Source: Azolla caroliniana (Eukaryota; Plantae; Polypodiophyta). From it: 64,000 nt of DNA. The notes beneath the pieces were generated by a model. The model was not told the DNA's origin. It saw only the letters and a list, made by a program, of their open reading frames with translations, and ran no database searches. A program made the position numbers and the translations under genes. This document shows, piece by piece, positions 48,158-59,369 of the stretch (positions within the stretch are counted from its first letter, which is position 1; every line of letters begins with the position of its first letter). Location of the stretch: contig JBHGNT010000007.1 in assembly GCA_043228905.1 (NCBI GenBank), positions 14,694,001-14,758,000 of the forward strand, in the 5' to 3' direction.

Positions 48158-51100
48158 TGTTGGGATATCGGTCCCTCCGGATGGGATGTCCGGAGATGAA
48201 TGACGGCAAGCCCGGTTACGGTTACGGAACCGGATGATGAAGACCCCGGCTACGGAGCCGGATGACGAATGTACCCGGAGAGAGAGATCCGGATGCGGGG
48301 ACATATTTGTGAATATGTTTGCCAAGGGCCCTTGAGGCTATATTTGTAAATAGCCCGAAAGTCATATGTGTATAAATATGACTTAGGGCAAACTGTTTGT
48401 TGTTGTTGCTCATTTTTATGTTTTCAGCCAAGAGGAGTGAAGAGAGAGCAGCCGTGAGAGAGATAGAGCGTGAGAGAGGGAGAGGTCGACGCCTCTGTGT
48501 AATACCGCCGCCTGTGGCGAGGATAGCGAGCTCAAGGTCGTCGCCTTGCAGCTCGCCATTGTATATTTCTCTGAGCATAGTTTTGGTTTGGAGTCTTGCA
48601 CTCCCGTGGTTTTTTCCCGTATAGGGTTTTCCACGTTAATCCCTGTGTTATCGTGTCTTTCTCTGTGTTTCCTATTTTCTGCTGCATTGATTCCTGATTT
48701 CTCGGTTGGGTCCGAACGGTGAAGGTGAATCGGAGCGTTGATTCTAAACAAAGTGGTATCAGAGCGACTGCAGTGCAGAAAATGGAAGGCGGCAGCAGCG
48801 GGCAGCCGGGGATGATGGTGCTGAATGCGCAGAATTACGCCGACTGGAAGATCAAGATGGAGGATCTTCTGATTGTTCGGGACCTGTACGAACCGATTGA
48901 TAGGTCGGAAATACCGAAGGGGGTACTTGAGTCGGAATGGAGGCTTCTGAACCGGAAAGCCGTTGCAACCATTCGGCAATACGTCGACGTGAGCGTTCTA
49001 CAGCATGTGGCGAACGACACCAACGCATATGAGATGTGGCGGAAGCTGTCGGGCCTCTATGAGAGGAAGAATGCGTTGAACCGGACCTCCCTGATGAGGA
49101 AGATAGTGAACCTCAAGTACCGGGACGGCGAGAGTATGGTGGAACACGTAAGCACGTTCATGGGATTCGTGAACCAGCTTGCGGCGATCAAGTTCCCGTT
49201 GGAGGATGCAATGCAAGCCATCATCCTGATGTGTACATTGCCGGAAAGCTGGGAGAACTTGGTGGTGACTCTCAGCACCTCCTGCACCGAAGATAACTTG
49301 TCTCTACAAACGGTAAAGACAAGTATTCTAAATGAAGAAGCGCGTCGGAGAGATAAAGAACCGGCCACCGACTCGAAGGCGCTGCTTACCGAATCGGAAC
49401 GGGGAAGACAATGGAACCGGAGTCCGCAAAGACGGGAGAAGTCGGGGACCCGGTCGCAGTCAAGAGGAAGACCCACATGCTTCCACTGTGGGAAGCCGGG
49501 GCACTTCCGGAAGAATTGTCGGCATTACCGAAAGGACAATGGAGCCGACGACACCGATTCGAAGAAGTCACCGGAGAGAAACGGTGCATACCGGGGAGCC
49601 ACGGACCGGAGAGGTCCGGATCGGCGAGGGCAGGACCGGAAAGGAACGACAGCACTCGCGGCAAGTGAAGAAGAGATAATGCTCATTACCGAAGAGACAG
49701 AGCTGAACCTTGCCGGTGAAGAGATGACCTGGGTGGTCGATTCCGGAGCGTCGTTCCACCTGACCCCGGAGAAGAAATACTTCTCATCCTACACAGCCGG
49801 TGAGCATGGCTGTGTTCGGATGGGAAATGAAGGTACGTGCCGGATTGCCGGCATAGGAGACGTGTGGCTGATGACATCAACCGGATGCAAGATGTTGCTG
49901 AAGGATGTTCGACACGTTCCGGAGGTTCGATTGAACCTGATTTCGGCCGGGAGGCTAGACGATGAAGGCTACACAGGTAGCATCCGGAACGGCGTAATGA
50001 AGTTCAGCAAGGGGAGCCTGATAGTGGCTCGGGCCCGGAAAGTCAACACACTGTACCTTATGAATGCTCGGTTGTGTCCGGAAGAGTTGAACGTGGCAGC
50101 CGACACTGCCGGTGAGCTGTGGCACAAGAGACTGTGCCACATGAGTGAGAAGGGGATGAAGAGGCTTGCAGAAGACAACCTCATTCCAGTGAAGCATGTG
50201 CACCTGGAGAAGTGCACCGATTGCCTGGCCGGTAAGCAGAACCGAACCTCCTTCCACTCAAGGCCACCGACGAGACGTAACGCACCATTGGAGTTGGTGC
50301 ACACTGACGTGTGTCAAGTAGAAACGAAGTCACATGGCGGAGCCCAGTACTTCGTGACATTCATTGATGATCACAGCCGGAAGCTGTGGACGGCACCGTT
50401 GAAGACAAAGGACCAAGTATTGTCCGTCTTCAAAGAACTCCACGCGAGAGTGGAAAGGGAATCAGGCAAGGAGCTGAAAGCGATACGAGCGGATAACGGA
50501 GGGGAATACCGGGGGCAGTTTGAGGAGTACTGTCGCTCGAAGGGAATCCGGCTCGAGTTTACTGTGCCGAAGACGCCGGAACTGAACGGGCTGGCCGAGA
50601 GGATGAACCGGACCATAATGGAGAGGGTCCGGAGTATGCTGGCGCATCCGAAATTACCCAAGGGGTTTTGGGCTGAGGCAATGTCGACGGCGACATACGT
50701 GATAAACAGATCACCCTCAGTACCTTTGGACGGAGACACGCCGCAGAGAGTGTGGACCGGTAGGGAAGTATCCTACCGGCATCTGAAGGTGTTCGGGTGT
50801 CTCGCATACGTGCATGTGGCAAAGGACCGGAGAGGAAAGTTAGATCCAAAGACCCGGCCATGCATATTCCTCGGTTACGGCGACGACGAGTTCAGCTACC
50901 GAGTATGGGACCCGGTCGACAAAAAGATATTCAGGAGTCGAGATATCATCTTCATGGAGGACAAGACACTCGCCGACTGGGAGTCGGAGAAGAAGATGAA
51001 GAGCTCCAAGTCGACCGGTGAGAATCAACTCTACGAGGAGCAGTCCCGACCGGCAAGGGACCGGTTAGCACTCGAGGATCCGGCCCAAGACGGTGAAGAA

Positions 51101-53451
51101 ACAGAACCGGCCGAGGAAGATGAAACTGATACCGGAACCGGCCCCGATCCCAAAATGGATTCGGATGAAGAGGAAACGGAGGAGCCGGTTACCGAAGCTC
51201 CGGAACGGAGATATCCTCTAAGAGAGAGAAGGGCCCCCCGGAGATTTCCGGAACCAGAGCACGTGCTGCTAACCGACGAGGGGGAGCCAGAGAGCTTTGA
51301 AGAAGCAAAGCATGACACCCAGAGCCGCAAGTGGTTGAGTGCCATGCAGGACGAGATGGATTCCCTGCATGAGAACCACACATATGAACTTGTGGAGTTG
51401 CCGAAAGGAAAGCGGGCACTTCGAAACAAGTGGGTGTTCAAGCTGAAACCGGGAGATGCCGGAAACCCCCCGAGATACAAAGCCAGGATCGTGGTGAAGG
51501 GGTTTCAGCAGAAGAAGGGCGTCGACTTCGACGAGATATTTGCCCCGGTAGTGAAGATGACCTCCATCCGGACGGTGCTGAGCATAGCGGCAAGCATGGA
51601 CCTCGAGGTAGAACAGATGGACGTGAAGACGGCATTCCTTCACGGTGACCTCGAAGAAGAGATCTACATGCAGCAACCGGAAGGATTCGAGAAGAAAGGG
51701 AAGGAGCACCTGGTATGCCGGTTGAAGAAGAGCCTTTACGGTCTGAAGCAGGCTCCCCGGCAATGGTACCGGAGGTTCGACTCCTTCATGACAGACGAAG
51801 GGTACCACAAAACGCAGTCCGATCACTGCGTGTTTGTGAAGAAGTTCGAAGGAGGAGACTTTCTAATACTCCTCCTGTACGTGGACGACATGTTGATCGT
51901 CGGACGGGACCAGGTCAAGATACGGATGCTGAAGAAGGCTCTTCACCGAACCTTCTCAATGAAGGACTTGGGTCCGGCGAGGCAAATACTAGGGATGCAC
52001 ATCATCCGGGGCCGGAAGAAGAAGCAGTTGTGGCTGTCACAGGAGAAGTACGTGACAAAGGTGCTTCAACGGTTCAACATGTCGGAAGCAAGACCGGTCG
52101 GATCGTCCCTCCCGGCAAGTTGTCCAGCAAGCAAAGCCCTAAGACAAAGGCTGAGAAGGAGGACATGATGAAAGTACCATATGCCTCTGCCGTCGGAAGC
52201 TTGATGTACGCAATGGTGTGTACAAGACCGGACATAGGATATGCAGTCGGAGTGGTGAGCCGGTACATGAGCAATCCCGGCAAAGAGCACTGGAACGCGG
52301 CTAAGTGGATACTCCGATACCTGAAGGGCACGGCAAACGTGTGCCTTCGATTCGGCTCCGGTAAGCCCGAACTCGACGGCTTTACCGATTCGGATATGTC
52401 GGCTGACGCAGATACCAGCCGGTCCACATCAGGGTATGTGATGACGTATGCAGGGGGAGCTGTTTCGTGGCAGTCGAGGCTGCAGAAGACGGTTGCGTTG
52501 TCAACCACGGAGGCGGAGTACATGGCGGCTGTTGAAGCCGGCAAGGAAATAATATGGATGAAGGACTTCATTAGAGAGCTTGGTATCCGGCAGGAGGAGT
52601 ACCGACTCTATTGCGACAGTCAGAGTGCCATCCACCTTGCGAAGAATGCGGCCTATCACTCCCGGACGAAGCACATCCAGCGAAGATATCACTGGATCCG
52701 GGAAAGGATAGAAGACCAGGAGTTCGTGCTGACGAAGATTCACACGGACGAGAATGGGTCGGATATGCTGACCAAAGTGCTCACACCCGACAAGCTGGAA
52801 GCATGCCGGAAGAGGATCGGATTGGAGAGACATCCCATGCCGAAGTGAAGGGGGAGTTTGTTGGGATATCGGTCCCTCCGGATGGGATGTCCGGAGATGA
52901 ATGACGGCAAGCCCGGTTACGGTTACGGAACCGGATGATGAAGACCCCGGCTACGGAGCCGGATGACGAATGTACCCGGAGAGAGAGATCCGGATGCGGG
53001 GACATATTTGTGAATATGTTTGCCAAGGGCCCTTGAGGCTATATTTGTAAATAGCCCGAAAGTCATATGTGTATAAATATGACTTAGGGCAAACTGTTTG
53101 TTGTTGTTGCTCATTTTTATGTTTTCAGCCAAGAGGAGTGAAGAGAGAGCAGCCGTGAGAGAGATAGAGCGTGAGAGAGGGAGAGGTCGACGCCTCTGTG
53201 TAATACCGCCGCCTGTGGCGAGGATAGCGAGCTCAAGGTCGTCGCCTTGCAGCTCGCCATTGTATATTTCTCTGAGCATAGTTTTGGTTTGGAGTCTTGC
53301 ACTCCCGTGGTTTTTTCCCGTATAGGGTTTTCCACGTTAATCCCTGTGTTATCGTGTCTTTCTCTGTGTTTCCTATTTTCTGCTGCATTGATTCCTGATT
53401 TCTCGGTTGGGTCCGAACGGTGAAGGTGAATCGGAGCGTTGATTCTCAATA
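48158..53451 (+). mobile_element. Very young Ty1/copia element C (Tnt1/Tork-like)
   Basis: 593-bp LTRs 48158-48750 and 52859-53451 (only 2 differences seen, both near the end), TSD GTTGA, PBS 48754-48765, PPT 52843-52858. Confidence 0.98.
48782..52848 (+). CDS. copia C gag-pol polyprotein with one frameshift near 52115
   Basis: ORFs 48719-52168 and 51715-52848 join; CCHC, DSGAS, integrase DDE, QMDVKTAFL, YVDD, RNase H all present; an inferred 7-bp deletion at LPA|KLSS. Confidence 0.92.
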
Positions 53452-55009
53452 GTTGATTATTATTATTGTAATGATAATAATAGTGATAATATGTAGTAGG
53501 GGCTACACGTGTAAATAACCCATACAATGTATTAGTATAAATACATTTAGGGCAAACATGTGTGTGTTTGAGTAGAACAGAAGTAGCGCATGAGCGTGTG
53601 AGACAAAGAGTGAGTGAAAGTGGTGCCATAGCTGTGTGCATAACAGCAGACGCCGAGAGCCCTGCATGGCTAATACACTCGAAGGAGTGTTGTAACATTC
53701 TGTGTTGTATATCCACTATACATAGTGAAGCTCTGTTCCCGTGGTTTTCTCCCGTTTTAGGGTTTTCCACGTTAAATCTCTGTGCACCATTGTTGTCCTG
53801 TTTTCTGGCATATCTGTGATTCGTATTTCAGCACAGTTCACTTATTGTGATTTGACCGAACGATTTCTCAACATATAATTCCTATATTGGAATAGAGTAT
53901 GCCAAATACACCAAACAAGATGTATTACTCATGCAAATTGACATTGAAAAGGCCTTTGACACCATCCAATGGGATTTTGTGGTAGCCAAAATGGTCAAAC
54001 TGGGATTTGGTCCGAAAATGTCTCAAGTAATCTATTGGCTTTATGGGTCTAGCACATCTTCATGCAGTATTGAGGGTGAATTGACAGATTCATGGAGCTT
54101 AACCAAATCAGTACGACAAGGTTGTCTTGTAAGTGCATTGTTGTATGCAAACGCAAATCATCCACTTCTATTGTACATGGATCATCTAGTATCAATTGGT
54201 CAACTTCACGGTTTGCAAGTGAAAGACTGACATGATTTCATGGCTCAGGCATATGCAAATGACACTTCATTCCTGTCACAAAACAATCCAAATGATATGA
54301 GGGTGATTATGAATTCGCTCAAATTGTATGGATTAGCTACTCAATTGCATGTTAACTTCACCAAGTCCAAACTCTGTTCAGAAACGAATCATTAATCCAC
54401 AAGAAAGAATACGTTGAAATACATAGCTCAAAAATATAGACAACAATGCACACAGATTTAATGTGGAAACCCTAGAACGGGAGAAAACCACAGGAGAACA
54501 AAGCTTCAATATACAGTGGATATACAAATGAGAATATTACAAAACTCTTGACTATGGAGTGTATCAGCCTCACAGGGCTATTGGCGACTGTTGTTACGAA
54601 CACAGTTATGGCGCCACTCTCTCTCTCTCTTCTTCCTCACTCTCTCTTACGCTTTGCAACAACACTCACTCCTTATTTTGCAGATTAGCTACAAAACCCA
54701 CAATCATTACAAACAATGTCGGTTACATACAAATGAATTCCACTTTCATTACAAAAAACAACGAAGAGAAAAAACATACAGAAACGTGACCACGGCCACT
54801 TAAAGAAGATTGCAACAAGCGGGTTAGTTTTGAATCCCGAAATGGAACATGTCACAATACCCTTAAGAAATTGCCACAATGATTTGACCATTGCAAAGGG
54901 GCATTTTGTTAAATATTTTGGAAATTTTTGGGTGTTCTTGTACATGTTGGAGTTGGTGCTTTTTATTGATAATGTTTGAGGAATTTTATATATTTCATGA
55001 TTAATGCAG

Positions 55010-55914
55010 GGAACATATGTTGAAGGTGTGAAGGAAGAAGTTGTTTTGTCACCTGCCCACGCCCTTTCCATTATTGCAGCTGGAGAAGGTAATGTAAATT
55101 TCAAACAAAAAAGGAAGTTCATGAACATTCATGTGCCTAAAGATGTGTTTACTCTTCCAATCAGAAGATCACCACGTGGGATCAAACAACTTCAATATGT
55201 TTAGCAATAGAAGCCATACAATTTTCACACTGGTGATATTTCACAGTAGTTTTAGTGTGTATCTCAAATAAACTGGCAATATTATTCTTGATGGCTTATC
55301 AATTAACCTTGTTTTGGTCAGACAATTGAAAGCAGCCCTCATTCATCTGACGTTAACGATAAAAATGTAACATTATCACTGCTAGTAAGTATGCATCATG
55401 TGCAGTAGTAGTTTAAATTATAGAAACATCTAGATTCCTACTAAATTCTTTTATATATAAACATTTGTGTGTGTGTATAAACAGTGCATCTGTTCTTGGA
55501 TGGAAGCAATGTTATTTTCACGTGTTCATATGCATATGTATATTAGACAATTGAAAGCAGCCCTCATTCATCTGACGTTAACGATAAAAATGTAACATTA
55601 TCACTGCTAGTAAGTATGCATCATGTGCAGTAGTAGTTTAAATTATAGAAACATCTAGATTCCTACTAAATTCTTTTATATATAAACATTTGTGTGTGTG
55701 TATAAACAGTGCATCTGTTCTTGGATGGAAGCAATGTTATTTTCACGTGTTCATATGCATATGTATATTAGATTTTCTGGATTAGATAACTTTAATACTG
55801 AAAGTCAGAACTTAGGTGTATTTTTTATGATGAACACTTAAAATGGTGTGGCAGAATTTAATTGATTTAGCTGGATCAGAGAGCTCTAAGACTGAAACTA
55901 AAGGAGTCATGAGA
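55010..55914 (+). pseudogene. Captured kinesin-7 (CENP-E/MKRP-like) motor-domain fragment with introns
   Basis: GT-AG exons 55010-55088, 55165-55232, 55322-55384 (duplicated at 55547-55609) and 55855-55914 splice in frame to GTYVEGVKEEVVLSPAHALSIIAAGEEDHHVGSNNFNMFSNRSHTIFTLTIESSPH...VTLSLLNLIDLAGSESSKTET (switch I and switch II motifs). Confidence 0.93.
55322..55771 (+). repeat. 225-bp tandem duplication (exon plus part of intron), apparently identical copies
   Basis: 55322-55546 repeated at 55547-55771. Confidence 0.93.
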
Positions 55915-57899
55915 TGTTCTGCTCTCTAGGTTTTCCCTAAGTGTTTTTATACTCATACATCATATGGGCTATTTACAAGTGTCGCCCCTACTATACATTA
56001 CTACTATTATTATCTATACTAATAAGTAGCCATCAGTCAACTCTAGTGTTGATTGTCCAGTCGACTCGACTAATTGGCCTTGTCATCAACCCTCCCATCG
56101 GCCCCACTAGTCGGTCTAGTCTTTGACCGATATCATCTGCTATGTTGACTCTCTCTCAATCGAATCACCCAGTTGACTCTCCATGACTTCAATTGTCAAC
56201 TCTCGACCCGACCAGTCAGCTCCTCCCATATGAGGAACATTTTCCTAACAAACTCCTACCCTTGACACCATATAGTTGGCATCAACTTTTGTGGCCAGGT
56301 CAAGTTGTTAGCCCAAATGAAATGGTTAGACATCTTGGCTATCCATTGGGATGGAATGCAATAGGGAAAAGAAAGGTTGAATGAGTGCTACAAAAAGTGA
56401 GACAAAAGTTGAGCTATTGGAAGATTGCAACATGGTTGCTCCATCTCAGATTGAGGATAGTGCAATCTATATTAATGGCTTACATGCAGTATTACTTAAT
56501 TAAGATTGATTGGCCGAAACATATGCTACAAAAAACTAACTCAGAAATCTTAAGAATCTTTTGGTGCTCTAAGCAATCCCATAGAGGTATACGACTCATA
56601 TCACTAGAGAAGATATGCACTCCACAATTGAGTGGAGGGCTAAATATTCTTAATTTGCAGTTGAATATGTTGGTTAGAAAAGCTACTTTACTGCCAAAAT
56701 TTGCTGAAAAAACATTTCGTGGGCAAGAATGTTATATGATATGTTTGATCATTTGAAAACCAAGTCATTTGGCTCATGGGATACTAACCATTGGGATGCA
56801 GTGTTTGGAAAGCTTGACAGGCACATCAAAGGTTGTCTGTTTAGCTCAAAGCTTCTAAAGCACTGGAAGGAAGTATTGCACCACATAAAATGGAGAGGTA
56901 GGAATTCAGAATCATGGTTCACTCTTTATGCCTCGAAAGCTTACATTGGAGTGTTATATTCCCACGGTCACTAGCTGAACAAGAGCCTAGGAAAACTTAT
57001 TTTTTAGCAAAGAAGGGACTGAAATGAAGTGTAGATGTGGTAAATGACCAAGGTCACTTATTACACTTCAATGACATGGCATGCCGTTATAGTCTTGGGC
57101 CACATCATTGCATTATCTGGAATCAAGTCATAGAGTTGGTACTTTCCTTAGTACCTATGCCACCTCTAGATGGAGATCATAGGATTCAGGACTGGATGTT
57201 ACAAAAAGGGAACATTGTTATTCCAATGAATAACATTAGAACACATTCAGTGTATATGTTGTTGCAATGTGTGCCGTGGTTTCATGAACATGCAAATGCA
57301 TTATGGAACCTACACAAAACACAATCCTAATGGAAAAACATGCTTACAAGCTTATGGAGCTCTATTCTTCCACTTAAGCAACGGGTATTCTTATGGAGAT
57401 GTCTATTGGGTGTTCTCCCGACTGGGTCGAATCTTCAAAAGAGATCGATAGCCTTGCCGCATTGTGCAAGATGTGGTAGACGATTGGAAACGGTCCCACA
57501 TTTATTATGCACTTGCTGATTCACTACAACATTTTTACAAAGACTAAGTGTGTCTCTTTATCACAGATTTCTTGGCCGAAGGTTTGGAAAACACTTTTGG
57601 CTATTTGGACAAATTCCGTGCACCCTATCCAACAATGCCTATTTTCTCCAATGGACACGATTTTGGCACTCTGGACCATTTGGACATCCCACAATAATAA
57701 GGTCTTTGATTGAATCTAATTGCATGAAGTTAGCTTCTTTAAGCAATCCCTCAGGCAATCTCTATTTGATTGTCCGCAACTTAGAGACATCACACTACAA
57801 ATTTACAATCTTTACTTTGAGTGCTTTTAAGCTCTTTACTTTCTAATTGACACTTGTATATTTTTTTTATTCTTTGTGGGTTTTCACCTCACTTTGAGG

Positions 57900-58404
57900 T
57901 TTAGGGAAAGAGCCAGATGAGGATCCGGACAAGAGACCGAATCCAGAGCCGAACCGGTTGGAAGGCATCTAGCCGGATCTGGAGGAGTATCCGGAAGTGG
58001 ACAAATTTGTAAATAGGTTTTGGTACACCTAAGATAGACCATATTTGTAAATAGCCCATAGTATGTATTAGTATAAATATATCTAGGGCAAATCATGATG
58101 GGCGTAGAAGCATTATAACTAGTGCATCAGTGGGTGTAACTAGAGAGTTGGAGAGATAGAGAGAGTGAGAGTTGTAACTCTGTAACCATCGCCAAAAGAA
58201 GAAGAGCTTAAGGTTGTTGCCTTAGAGTCTCCTATGTATTCATCCAATTATAGTGATTTGTTTTGGAGTTCGTGGACTCTGTGGTTTTTCCCGTTTAAGG
58301 TTTCCACGTTAAATGATCTTGTATCTCTGTACTTTTCTTGTTCACTATTGTCTCGATCTTTGCATCTCTCATTTGTACTTGTTGATAGATGCACGATTCA
58401 TTCA
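57900..58404 (+). repeat. 3' portion of a copia LTR (probably the rest of the copia E 3' LTR); boundaries approximate
   Basis: Family motifs ATATTTGTAAATAGCCC, TATAAAT, GTGGTTTTTCCCG, GGTTTCCACGTTAA. Confidence 0.7.
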
Positions 58405-58870
58405 AGATCCTTGTGTAATCTCTCTTATGTGGACAAATTTTTGACACAAAAATGACATTAGGCAATAAGATGTTGTACCTTTGAATCCTTGTAAGGTATC
58501 ATCACGATGTTCTAGGTGCAAGAAATTTAGTGTGACCCACATCTCAAAGGAGAAAATGGTAATCATTGCCTTGTTGTCCACTAGACTTGTTATGTTTGTC
58601 TCCTTGATTTACAAAGGTACATAAAGGAGTTTACATCCCCCTAACTCGCATGCTACATTGTGTATTGGGTCTAAGTAGTTGAACAACTAAGATTTGGTTA
58701 GATTCAAGTGAATGAAATATGTGGGATCATTGTATGTTTGTTCCTCTTTGCTCCTTTTCATGTGGTCTGTATTCAAGGTGAAACAAGACATTGTTCCCCC
58801 ATCTTCATCACAACACTTACTTTTGATCAAGTCCATCCCATGATGTTTTTTAGAGTAACATGGAAACCTT

Positions 58871-59148
58871 TGTTGGGAATTCGGTCCCTTCGGATGAGCA
58901 CCGAACGAGCCGGATCGAACGAGCCAAAGGAAGGAACCAGACCGGACGGATCCGGAAGGTATCCGGATGAATCCAGTGTGAACCGGATCTAGGGACATAT
59001 ATCTATAAATATGTTTCTAGGGGGCCTATCCTAGCCATATTTGTAAATAGTCCTAAAGTCATATAAGTATAAATATGACTTGGTGCAACCAGTTATAAAA
59101 GATATAGTGGTCATTAGAGATGTCATTATTGTAGTACAGAGATAGAGA

Positions 59149-59184
<36 letters not shown>

Positions 59185-59369
59185 TAAAATCTTGTCTGTT
59201 GTAACCGCCGGTTGGCGAAGACATAGAGCTCGAGGTTGTTGTCTCCGAGTCTCACTTTGTATCCTCTTCCCGTAGTGATAGTTGGGGTCTATGGGCTCTC
59301 ATGGTTTTTCCCCATTTAGGGTTTTCCACGTTAACATCTGGTGTCATCTCATTTTGTGTAAGTGCATTA
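58871..59369 (+). repeat. copia LTR (C-related), interrupted by the gypsy at 59370
   Basis: TGTTGGGAATTCGGTCCCT start, shared LTR motifs, (GA)n tract, no PPT upstream. Confidence 0.8.

Larger units (their letters stand above)
23862..53873 (+). mobile_element. Ty1/copia element B (Tnt1/Tork-like), expanded to 30 kb by nested insertions
   Basis: 5' LTR in pieces 23862-24253, 25839-25899, 27880-28058; PBS 28062-28073; gag-pol 28087-30660 and 46280-47960; 3' LTR 47967-48157 plus 53452-53873; imperfect TSD GATAA/TATAA; PPT deleted. Confidence 0.9.
54375..56250 (-). repeat. copia solo LTR (B-related) containing about 1.25 kb of foreign DNA (about 54672-55916)
   Basis: TG...CA termini, TSD AACTC (54370-54374, 56251-56255), homology to the copia B LTR on both sides of the insert. 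Confidence 0.88.
13051..57885 (+). mobile_element. L1-clade LINE 'a', near full length but decayed, split into about 13051-15925, 23610-23861, 53874-54374 and 56251-57885
   Basis: ORF1 with CYTCNKFGHMQLDC knuckle; APE endonuclease (FNIRGL, QEHK, GDFN, SDH); RT frame continues across insertions (EFWDALKD|LILSMANNAW, RKITDN|..IDIEKAFD, KSKL|LPL..HLGYP); zinc finger CARC..ETVPHL near 57463. Ends approximate, no TSD seen. Confidence 0.85.

Noticed and set aside
48719-48781. N-terminal extension of the 1149-aa ORF
   Set aside because: It starts at a GTG inside the LTR and crosses the PBS; the ATG at 48782 matches the copia B start.
57899-57906. TTTAGGG telomere motif
   Set aside because: Single copies only, here and in copia LTR motifs; no array.
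58405-58870. Unassigned spacer, possibly an old TE or gene fragment
   Set aside because: No motif, repeat or convincing frame could be recognised by eye.
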